Origin: a virus | DNA length: 38,965 nucleotides | Reading direction: 5' to 3' (one strand) | Virus record (IMG/VR): IMGVR_UViG_3300029481_000019 | In this document: piece after piece, positions 32,007-38,965 of the stretch | How the letters are laid out: the number at the start of each line of letters is the position of its first letter | Numbering within the stretch: the stretch's first letter is position 1 | Made by a program: the position numbers and the translations under genes | Notes under the pieces: model-generated | The model's database searches: none | Told to the model about the DNA's origin: nothing | The model's input: the letters and a program-made list of their open reading frames with translations, nothing else

Positions 32007-34080
32007 ACGCGACCGCCTTTCTCGCCTTGCGCCCGAACTCCGATTCACCCATGACGGGCGTGAACTCAGCGATGATGGATGGCAGGTTCTCGGCCAACCA
32101 GCTGATAACGGCCGATTCGCCGCCGGCAGTGCTGCTGACACCGGGCATGGCGATATCTTGTGCCATTGAAATCATACCGCGCATCGCATTATCTGTAGAC
32201 CTCAACAACACGTCGGCATCATCGTCGACACCGAGTGCCGCACCTTGCATCGTGTATTGGCCGATCTTGCGGAACACGCGTGACGGGGAGTGGATGCCGA
32301 GCAGGTTTTTTGCGGCATCGATGGCGTCGTCGACTGCGCCTTTAACGCTGTCGATCAAACGGTCTGCGGCACTCGTGACACCGTTCACCATACCTTGAAT
32401 AATGTTAGAACCGATCGATGTCACCTGGCCGGGTATAGACGCGAGGCCGTCGATGAGGTTGCTTGCGAACTGCGACGCCGCGCTCGTGGCGTTACTCGCG
32501 AACTGCGACACCCAGCCGACGACAGTCGAAATGACGCCGGAGAGCCATGACGCTATATTGCCGGGCAGCGCAGACATGAAACCGGCGATACCGGAGATGA
32601 AACGCGAACCGGCGCTCACGGCATTCGACGCCATATTTGCTACCCATGCGGCGACATTCGCAATGACCGTCGACAGGAACGCGGCGATGTTGCCAGGCAA
32701 TTGCGCGAACCATTGCACCAATGCATTGATCGCGTTCGGCAAGTCGACCGTGAAGAATTGCACGACACCTGTCACGAACCCCGAGATGTCCTCATACAGT
32801 TGTGCGAAACCAGTGATCACAAACGCGACGACTTCTGTAATGGCGGCAAACAGCTTGATGGCTACGCTGATCGCTGCGGCGAGCCCGACGCCGATGATGT
32901 TAGCGATGAACTCGAGCAGGGGCTGTGCTGTCTGGATCGCCCCGAAGAAATCATTGAAAGCAGGCGACAGCTGGTCGATCGCAGGGAGCACCAAGTCGTT
33001 GACGGAATCACCGAAAGTCTTGACGCCCAAGCTGATCGCGCTGAAAACGCTGTCGGCGGCGTCTGCCGCCGGCTTCAAATTGTCATTGAATACGCTTTCG
33101 AGTTTGCCGACGACTTTGTCGACGCCTGCGAACGCGTCGCGCATCGGCCCTTGCACGGCTTCAGGCAAGACATTGATGAGCGCGTTGCTGAGGTAGAGGC
33201 CGACACCAGGCGCATAGTCTGCAACCGTCTGCCCGAGTGTCGCCATGATCTGGCCGACCCTCGGGATGATGTTCTTGCCCGCAATGACAACCGACTGGAC
33301 GAGCTGATCAGTCAGGCCTTCCATGTCTGCGTCTTCATTGCCGAGGCCGGCAAGCCAGTTATCCCACGCGGCCTTCGCCATGTTGACGGAGCCCTCGATG
33401 GTAGTCGCTGCCTCTTCCGCAGTCGTACCTGTGATGCCCATCTCGTCTTGCACGATGTGGATGGCCTCGACGATGTCGGAATATGAGTCGACAGAGAAAT
33501 CGCGTACTTTGCCTTGCGCTGCCGAGAACTTCTCAGCGTCTGCGAGCAGACGTTGCAGCTCAGACTTCGTGCCGCCATAGCCGAGCTTCAGGCTGTCGAG
33601 CATCTCGTAATTACCGCGCGACAGCGACATATACGCTTCTTGGACAGTCTCAAGCGACGTACCCATCTTGTTTGCGTTGTCGCTCATGTCCGTGATGGCT
33701 GTGTTGGCCATGTCGGCTGCAGCCTCGGTGTTGCCGCCGAGTGAGCTGATCAGCGCAGCGGCGAAACTCGTCGAGATCTCCATATAACGGTTGGCTGATA
33801 CGCCAGCCGTCTGGTATGCATTTGCGGCATACTGCTGCATCTTGCCCGACGAGGCTTTGAACAGGGTGTCGATACCGCCGACCAACTGCTCATAATTCGA
33901 ATATGCGTCGAGTGCTGTCTTGCCGATGGCGACCGTCGCAGTACCGACTGCCGCCACGGCCGCAACGCCGGCTTTAGCAGCGATGCCCAATTTGTTTTTG
34001 ATGCCGTCGCCGATCTTGTCGACCTCGCCGGATGCCTGGTCGTCGCACGTGATCTTGACGGCGAGGTCGAGTAGATTCAT
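31999..34080 (-). CDS. tape measure protein
   Basis: 693 aa, Ala/Gly-rich and helical with hydrophobic segments, directly after the G/GT chaperone pair. Confidence 0.85.
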   Translation of the reverse strand: MNLLDLAVKITCDDQASGEVDKIGDGIKNKLGIAAKAGVAAVAAVGTATVAIGKTALDAYSNYEQLVGGIDTLFKASSGKMQQYAANAYQTAGVSANRYMEISTSFAAALISSLGGNTEAAADMANTAITDMSDNANKMGTSLETVQEAYMSLSRGNYEMLDSLKLGYGGTKSELQRLLADAEKFSAAQGKVRDFSVDSYSDIVEAIHIVQDEMGITGTTAEEAATTIEGSVNMAKAAWDNWLAGLGNEDADMEGLTDQLVQSVVIAGKNIIPRVGQIMATLGQTVADYAPGVGLYLSNALINVLPEAVQGPMRDAFAGVDKVVGKLESVFNDNLKPAADAADSVFSAISLGVKTFGDSVNDLVLPAIDQLSPAFNDFFGAIQTAQPLLEFIANIIGVGLAAAISVAIKLFAAITEVVAFVITGFAQLYEDISGFVTGVVQFFTVDLPNAINALVQWFAQLPGNIAAFLSTVIANVAAWVANMASNAVSAGSRFISGIAGFMSALPGNIASWLSGVISTVVGWVSQFASNATSAASQFASNLIDGLASIPGQVTSIGSNIIQGMVNGVTSAADRLIDSVKGAVDDAIDAAKNLLGIHSPSRVFRKIGQYTMQGAALGVDDDADVLLRSTDNAMRGMISMAQDIAMPGVSSTAGGESAVISWLAENLPSIIAEFTPVMGESEFGRKARKAVAYA

Positions 34081-34696
34081 ACGACCACCAATCCCGCCCT
34101 TTTCGTGACGTCCGCCACTACCGCGGCGGCGTCGATGTCTTCATATACCTTGGGCCGGACTTGGTCGTACCATCGGCGACCGATAAACTTTTGCTGGCCC
34201 ATAAGGTATAGGGAGTCGGTGACGTATACCTTAAACGCCATCTCGTCCCGTTCTTTCCTATAGCGGGCCAGTGTGAACTTGACGAATGCGTCGGCCCTTA
34301 ACGGGCCTCGGAACTCGCCGAGGCAGAGCCAGGCGCATCTGCGCCCTTCCCCGTCTCCGACCGTGATAAAAAATTGAGGAACGTATCGTCAGTCACGAGC
34401 TCCATGACGTCGGTGAACAACTTAGGGAAATCGAGCGATGCGGCGTACTGCTCAGGTGTCACGCCCTCAATTGCCGCCATGATGGCGATGATGTCGGCTT
34501 TATGGCTTTTGAGCAAAACGGGCAGGCCCTTGCACATGCGCTTCGCGAAGAAATCGCGCGCCTCCATGCCGTCGGGCACGGCTTCGCGCTTGAACATTGC
34601 GGCGACGTCCTTGTCTTGCACCATGTTTGCGATGGGGTCGATGATGTCGGCGATGACGTCGAGCACGCGGTCGCCCTTGATGTCGCTGAGTTTCAT
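34077..34696 (-). CDS. tail assembly chaperone G-T fusion made by a programmed -1 ribosomal frameshift
   Basis: After the slippery heptamer (minus-strand T_TTT_TTA at ~34367-34373) the -1 frame stays open for ~95 codons and ends with TGA overlapping the tape-measure ATG (GTATGAATC). The 0 frame stops ~70 nt after the slip site. Confidence 0.55.
34298..34696 (-). CDS. tail assembly chaperone (gpG analog)
   Basis: 132-aa acidic protein between the major tail protein and the tape measure. It ends shortly after a U UUU UUA slippery site. Confidence 0.65.
   Translation of the reverse strand: MKLSDIKGDRVLDVIADIIDPIANMVQDKDVAAMFKREAVPDGMEARDFFAKRMCKGLPVLLKSHKADIIAIMAAIEGVTPEQYAASLDFPKLFTDVMELVTDDTFLNFLSRSETGKGADAPGSASASSEAR
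34367..34373 (-). other. -1 programmed frameshift slippery heptamer U_UUU_UUA (X_XXY_YYZ)
   Basis: Codons AAT TTT TTA lie in the G frame; see above. Confidence 0.55.
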
Positions 34697-34721
34697 TTAA
34701 TTTTCCTCCTTCAGGCTATGC

Positions 34722-35324
34722 CTACTTATCAGCAGAACCAGCCTTGATATAGATTTCAAACGGGACGGTGTCGATGTTTTCACTACTGTAGTGGCCAGTG
34801 TACTCGAACTCAAACGTGCCCTTCGCCTTGTCGCCGGACTGGATCTTGAAACCACCAGTCGACAATGCGTTGATGAGCTTGATCGCGATGAAACCGGCCT
34901 TGCCGGCAGACGAACTGTCTTCATTGATGTCAGAATAATCGCCGACCCACCAGATGTTTTTGAAATCTTGGGCTTCGACAGAGTTGCGGGGCACGACCTT
35001 GGCCGGGTCGTCGCTCGCAACAGCAGCAGTGCCGATGACAGATGTCGCGACATTCGTATCCATCGTCACGAACGAGCCGGACATCTTGGCTTCCCAGCTG
35101 TCGAGCTTCTTGAGCTCTTTAGTGTTCTTCGGGCAATTGTCGATGTCCTCGCCGAAATCGGTGAATGACGGCGTGGCCTCGAACGATACACCGCCGCTCG
35201 TCGCGCCGATGATGTTGGACGCACTGAGCTCGCCAGTTGTAGGGTCGAACTCAGTGGTGAGGATACCGGCATTGAGCTGGAGCTTCTTGAAAGTATCCGT
35301 AGGAATCTGTGTGAACTTAGCCAT
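34722..35324 (-). CDS. major tail protein
   Basis: 200 aa, position upstream of the chaperones, beta-rich composition. Confidence 0.65.
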   Translation of the reverse strand: MAKFTQIPTDTFKKLQLNAGILTTEFDPTTGELSASNIIGATSGGVSFEATPSFTDFGEDIDNCPKNTKELKKLDSWEAKMSGSFVTMDTNVATSVIGTAAVASDDPAKVVPRNSVEAQDFKNIWWVGDYSDINEDSSSAGKAGFIAIKLINALSTGGFKIQSGDKAKGTFEFEYTGHYSSENIDTVPFEIYIKAGSADK

Positions 35325-35337
35325 TTAACTTGTCCTC

Positions 35338-35706
35338 TCAAAACGAGGTGATAAACTCTGCCGTCACATTGATATGGCGGCGCTTGATCTTATCATCTGC
35401 TGTGTCACCCATGCTCTGGCAGAACGGCGAGCCTTTTTTCAGTATGACGCCGCCGCCGTCACATGGGATACACTTGCAGCCGATTAGTGCCTTTGAGACT
35501 TCACGCGCTTTCGCATTCGGCTCCGCCTCGGAGTCGCCACGATACCAAATGTCCATCGACAACGCGACTTCCCCGCCCCAGAAATCATCGACTGCGAGCT
35601 CGTACGTGATATACGGGAACTCCGCATTGTCTGGTACAGATGTCGCCGCATACGCTGGAATCGAGAAGCCCGAGAAGAATTCATAGATAGTAGCTTCAGG
35701 CGTCAT
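35338..35706 (-). CDS. tail completion / neck protein (probable start MTPEATIYEF at the ATGA overlap)
   Basis: Position between the head-tail adaptor and the major tail protein. ~122 aa. Confidence 0.45.
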   Translation of the reverse strand: MTPEATIYEFFSGFSIPAYAATSVPDNAEFPYITYELAVDDFWGGEVALSMDIWYRGDSEAEPNAKAREVSKALIGCKCIPCDGGGVILKKGSPFCQSMGDTADDKIKRRHINVTAEFITSF

Positions 35707-36050
35707 GATAGCTTCCACTCTTCCGCCGACACCTGCTCGAAACTGAACGTCGCCACATCGGGTGTACGCATATCGTCCCCGTTGGAAGTCACACGGAACA
35801 CTTGGCCGTCACTGACACGCTTGAAAACGTCATGAAATTCGAGTCGCGCGTTTGGGTCGGTAGTCACCGTGTAGACGTTCGATACGCCCTCTTTTTCAGC
35901 GACGCGTGCCGCCAGGGTGGTGTCGCGGACAATGGCCGCATCGAAGGCGGCACCGTCGACCCACGTGGTCGTCCACCCGCCTTCACCGTCGCTCACGCGC
36001 TTCTTCTCCATGAGCACGCAAGGCTCTTTGAAAGTATCAATCAACGTCAT
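35703..36050 (-). CDS. head-tail adaptor / head closure protein (probable start MTLIDTFKEP)
   Basis: ~115 aa. Position and size fit the SPP1 gp16-like class. Confidence 0.45.
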   Translation of the reverse strand: MTLIDTFKEPCVLMEKKRVSDGEGGWTTTWVDGAAFDAAIVRDTTLAARVAEKEGVSNVYTVTTDPNARLEFHDVFKRVSDGQVFRVTSNGDDMRTPDVATFSFEQVSAEEWKLS

Positions 36051-36457
36051 GGCAGTTTCCTCCAACGATTGAGGCGTCGGCGAAATGCGTCTTGCCATCG
36101 CGCCGGCATGCCGTCGGAAGCAGTGGCCTTCGTATACGAATACCCGCCGAACGACTCAGAAGTATATGCGGAGTCGGGGTTGGCTTTGCGCCACGCCTCG
36201 ATTTCGGTCGCGATGTCAACGACCGCCTTCGGCACGGCCAGTGCCCACACCTCACCATCGAATACCTCATCAGTGAGGTCCGACGTCGGGTATTGGTGCA
36301 GGCCGTCGTTGAACACACTGCCGACGATGCGGTAGTACTGACCCTTCTTGACGAAGCCATGCGGGAGGGTGAGCTCGCCGTCCATGACGGTGAGCTCACC
36401 TGCGAGGTAATCGCATTCGAACCAATTGTGGATCTCTGCGAGCAACTCCTCCAGCAT
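36047..36457 (-). CDS. head-tail connector protein (gp6/gp15-like)
   Basis: 136-aa acidic protein immediately after the major capsid gene. Confidence 0.5.
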   Translation of the reverse strand: MLEELLAEIHNWFECDYLAGELTVMDGELTLPHGFVKKGQYYRIVGSVFNDGLHQYPTSDLTDEVFDGEVWALAVPKAVVDIATEIEAWRKANPDSAYTSESFGGYSYTKATASDGMPARWQDAFRRRLNRWRKLP

Positions 36458-36466
36458 ATCGACTCC

Positions 36467-37465
36467 TTAGGCAGTCTTCGGCGCGGTGATGATGCCCTTC
36501 ATGTGGCCGGCCTTCAGCGTGTTCTTGAGGGCGACACCTGCGACGAGCTCGACCTCACCCTTCTTGACGGCGCCAGGCTGCGTGAGGTCGGGCATGTAAG
36601 ACGTGATGACCTTAGTACCGGTCGGGGAGATGCCGTGGAAGGCATCGAGGCCGAACTTGACGGCATAGATGTCGGAAGTGCCGAAGGTACCGGAACCGGC
36701 TGCGGTGTCGGCGACGATGTCGACGGTCTTGGAGCCGTCGTAGTACTCGCCGGCATCCATGAGCGCGATGCCGTTATACGTCTCGACGACACGGCCGAAA
36801 TCGTCCTTGGTGGACTCGTAATAACCGGCACGGCGGGCGATACCGCGGAGCTTGGAGAGCATCTTGCGGTTCATGAGCAGCATATCGGGCATGCCGTCGA
36901 GGCCGGAGATGAACTCATCGAGCTCGTCGAGGAACTGGTTGTAGTTGGCCGTCACATTCTCGCTGGTAGACAGGTCCGCAGTGGCGGTGTACTCAGTGGA
37001 AGAATTGGCGAGCAACTTGTTGAGGCCGTCGAAAGTACCGATAGTCTTACCGGGGGCGGCAGTACCGGCCGCGGTGCCGTTGATCACACAATGCGTGAAG
37101 AAATTGGCAGTTGCCTTGATCTTCTCGTCGGCCTGGAACACGAGCTCGTCGATGGCGCCGGAAGTGTCCTGGATGACACGGTCGACCTCGAAGGCGCCAC
37201 CCATGATGATGGCCTGCGTGGTCTTCTTCTCACGCTTTGCCTCGTTGGCGGTGTACTCGCTGTTAATGGCACGGACGGCGGCAGTGGAAGGCGTCTTCAG
37301 CTGCGTATAGCCGTAGACGAGCGTGGAGCCGCCGGTACCGGGGGAGATGGCGTTGTCGAAAGTGAGGCGGTCGAGGAGCAGGGAGGATCGACGGAACATG
37401 TCGACGATCTGCTGGTCGACCTTGTCGGCCATGCCGACCTTGGCCTCTGCGAGGGTGATAGGCAT
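36467..37465 (-). CDS. major capsid protein (HK97 fold)
   Basis: 332 aa following the scaffold gene, with composition and length typical of HK97-like capsid proteins. Confidence 0.85.
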   Translation of the reverse strand: MPITLAEAKVGMADKVDQQIVDMFRRSSLLLDRLTFDNAISPGTGGSTLVYGYTQLKTPSTAAVRAINSEYTANEAKREKKTTQAIIMGGAFEVDRVIQDTSGAIDELVFQADEKIKATANFFTHCVINGTAAGTAAPGKTIGTFDGLNKLLANSSTEYTATADLSTSENVTANYNQFLDELDEFISGLDGMPDMLLMNRKMLSKLRGIARRAGYYESTKDDFGRVVETYNGIALMDAGEYYDGSKTVDIVADTAAGSGTFGTSDIYAVKFGLDAFHGISPTGTKVITSYMPDLTQPGAVKKGEVELVAGVALKNTLKAGHMKGIITAPKTA

Positions 37466-37476
37466 AATTGCCTCCT

Positions 37477-38040
37477 TTAATCAGTGTTCTGCTTGGTGTA
37501 CTTCTGTCGCAGGGCGTCACCCAGCGACTTCGGTTCTGCCGCGCCGTCGCCACCACCTGCAGGCGGCGTATCGACATTCGCGGGCTTCTTATTCGTGGTC
37601 GGGATGAAATCGGACCACTCGCCTTTGACCTTCTCCGTGACCTTGTCGGCGTCCTTGATGGCGCCGTCTTCGACCACGATTTCGGACAAGTCGGCGACAC
37701 GCATCACGGCATCCATACGCTTGGGGTCGACGCCTGCATCGGTGAGCAGCTTGCGGTACAGCGATTTCTTCTCGCGGTCGGCGGCAGCCTTAGCGGTGTC
37801 TGCCTTGAACGCCTCGAAATCGGCGTGCTCCTTCTCGAACTTCTCCTTGAAACCGTCTGCCGGCTTGGCTTTGAGCTCCTCGAGCTCTGCCTCGGCCTTC
37901 TTCAGTCGGTCCGCGGCATCCTTGAGCCCATCGCGCTCGTCCTTCAGCGCGTTGACGGTCTCAGTGTGTGCGTCGATGATCTGGTCGATCTTCTCGTCTT
38001 CGATCCCCATGGATCGGAGGAGTTTGCGGGTAAGTGCCAT
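37477..38040 (-). CDS. capsid scaffolding protein
   Basis: Probable start MALTRKLL with a GGAG RBS. Highly charged coiled-coil (EELKAKPADGFKEKFEKEHADFEAFKADTAKAAADREKK) directly upstream of the capsid gene. Confidence 0.65.
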   Translation of the reverse strand: MALTRKLLRSMGIEDEKIDQIIDAHTETVNALKDERDGLKDAADRLKKAEAELEELKAKPADGFKEKFEKEHADFEAFKADTAKAAADREKKSLYRKLLTDAGVDPKRMDAVMRVADLSEIVVEDGAIKDADKVTEKVKGEWSDFIPTTNKKPANVDTPPAGGGDGAAEPKSLGDALRQKYTKQNTD

Positions 38041-38135
38041 GGTGTTCGCTCCATTCCTTCGGACTCTGGGGTACGTGCTTCGACCCCATACTGTATAGCG
38101 CATTGCTTCGCGCATTTAACATAAATAATACCAGG

Positions 38136-38474
38136 TTAACTACCGCCGCCTAGTGCCTTTTTCAACACTTGGCGATATTGTGCGACGTGCTCGGAAGCCG
38201 CAGGCCTCAGGAAAGGCTGCGCCTTCTGGCGCGAAGTGCCGAGCTCGACGTACGGTGCATATTCGACGTTTGTGCCGATGTACACTGCGTTATCACCGGC
38301 ATCCACCTCATGTGTGATCGATGCACGCAGGTTGCCGGTATCAACCGGGCATTTCTTGGCCGCATAGTTCTCAGCCAAAAGCCCGATCTTCTCGAGCGCG
38401 ACGCCGATAGCAGAATCGATGCCGTCGATGACTTGTTCGGTGTTGTCTTGCTTTACCGATACGCCACCGGCCAT
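38136..38474 (-). CDS. HK97 gp10-like head-tail joining / minor capsid protein
   Basis: Probable start MAGGVSVKQ with GAGGAAGAGG RBS. DTGNLRASITHEV ... VYIGTNVEYAPYVELGT resembles the gp10 family. Its position before the scaffold is atypical. Confidence 0.55.
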   Translation of the reverse strand: MAGGVSVKQDNTEQVIDGIDSAIGVALEKIGLLAENYAAKKCPVDTGNLRASITHEVDAGDNAVYIGTNVEYAPYVELGTSRQKAQPFLRPAASEHVAQYRQVLKKALGGGS

Positions 38475-38475
38475 G

Positions 38476-38712
38476 TCATGCCTCTTCCTCGATATAAAAC
38501 GGGCAATCGGCGCCGTCGAAATATACGGCATCAGGCTTGATGTTGCCGAGGCGGCGCTCGTACGCCATGCAATATGACTTGTCGGGCGAGTCCTCCCACG
38601 GCGCCGGGCCGTGTGCATTCGCACACGTCCGGCATTTGCGTGGGTTACGCTTCAGGCAGCCAAATGAGTCGTCGAGCTCGAGGTTTGATACTTTCTGTTT
38701 CTCGGTAGCCAT
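38476..38712 (-). CDS. small Cys-rich protein immediately downstream of the MuF-ART toxin gene (immunity / partner candidate)
   Basis: Start MATEKQKVSN with an AAGGAG RBS 8 nt after the toxin stop. Five Cys (CLKRNPRKCRTC ... C ... CPFY). 78 aa. Confidence 0.5.
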   Translation of the reverse strand: MATEKQKVSNLELDDSFGCLKRNPRKCRTCANAHGPAPWEDSPDKSYCMAYERRLGNIKPDAVYFDGADCPFYIEEEA

Positions 38713-38720
38713 GGTACTCC

Positions 38721-38965
38721 TTACTTGTATTTGCTCTTCGAGCCGGTCCACTCTTTGGGATCCTGCTGGAACTTATCGTAACCCTGCTCGGGGTGCAGCT
38801 CCAACACGACATGCATCTTGCCGTCATCGCCTTTGTACACGTCGGTCGCGGTGTAGTAACCGCCGCGCTGCAAGATCATCTCAAACTCACTGCCGAAATA
38901 GTTCTGTTTCTTCTTGCCGTCCCAATCATCGTAATTCGTTGCGCCAGAGTATGCACTGAAAGGCT
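38721..38965 (-). CDS. C-terminal end of the same MuF-ART gene (ART catalytic region, stop TAA near 38721-38723).
   Basis: Reverse translation of the window end is continuous with reverse translation of the window start (...KKKQNYFGS|EFEMILQRGGYYTATDVYKGDDGKMHVVLELHPEQGYDKFQQDPKEWTGSKSKYK*). It contains the E-x-E-[IV]-L-L-x-R-G motif typical of C2/C3/iota/VIP2-type ADP-ribosyltransferases. The total gene is about 869 aa. Confidence 0.75.
   Translation of the reverse strand, partial: PFSAYSGATNYDDWDGKKKQNYFGSEFEMILQRGGYYTATDVYKGDDGKMHVVLELHPEQGYDKFQQDPKEWTGSKSKYK
38889..38965. repeat. 77-bp exact duplicate of window positions 1-77 (assembly overlap marking a circular, complete genome)
   Basis: String identity between the first and last 77 nt. 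Confidence 0.85.

Noticed and set aside
1-38965. Integrase, CI-type repressor, tRNA genes or attP
   Set aside because: Every ORF over 300 aa has another assignment. No cloverleaf-like sequence or recombinase motif was seen, so none are reported.

Overview
The window is a complete, circularly closed dsDNA siphovirus-type phage genome of about 38.9 kb and roughly 58-60% GC. Window bases 1-77 are repeated exactly at 38889-38965, so the unique circle is about 38,888 bp and one gene, the MuF-toxin fusion, is split across the window edge. Almost every gene is on the minus strand and the genes fall into two long blocks separated by two homologous control regions made of iterons around an AT-rich palindrome, at about 5.8-6.2 kb and 22.36-22.67 kb. 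The early/replication block runs from the Cro-like gene at 22281 down to about 6360. It carries SNF2 helicase, VRR-NUC, a Cas4-like nuclease fused to an AAA ATPase, a very small family-B DNA polymerase, a D5-type primase-helicase, and a nucleotide-metabolism cassette (dCMP deaminase, dUTPase, a dCMP-type thymidylate-synthase homolog, dNMP kinase). It also carries an ADP-ribosylglycohydrolase flanked by two MazG-like paralogs and many small Cys-rich tandem paralogs. The late block starts with TTG-initiated terS at 5658 and runs across the circular junction round to about 22680. It carries terS, terL, portal, the MuF-ADP-ribosyltransferase fusion, a Cys-rich small ORF, gp10-like, scaffold, major capsid, connector proteins, major tail protein, the G/GT frameshifted chaperone, tape measure, Dit, Tal and a fibre with collagen-like Gly-X-Y blocks, two holin-like proteins and a signal-peptide amidase endolysin. 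Only two convincing plus-strand genes exist (12213-12458 and 24105-24737); both have lower GC, their own RBS and convergent terminators. No integrase, CI-type repressor, tRNA or CRISPR array was seen. The most interesting leads are a probable cytosine-C5 DNA hypermodification pathway, the duplicated dyad-symmetric iteron elements, a packaged ART toxin paired with an ARH eraser in the same genome, and a reused promoter-leader cassette. All functional calls rest on motif recognition by eye. Coordinates of non-CDS elements are approximate to a few bp.
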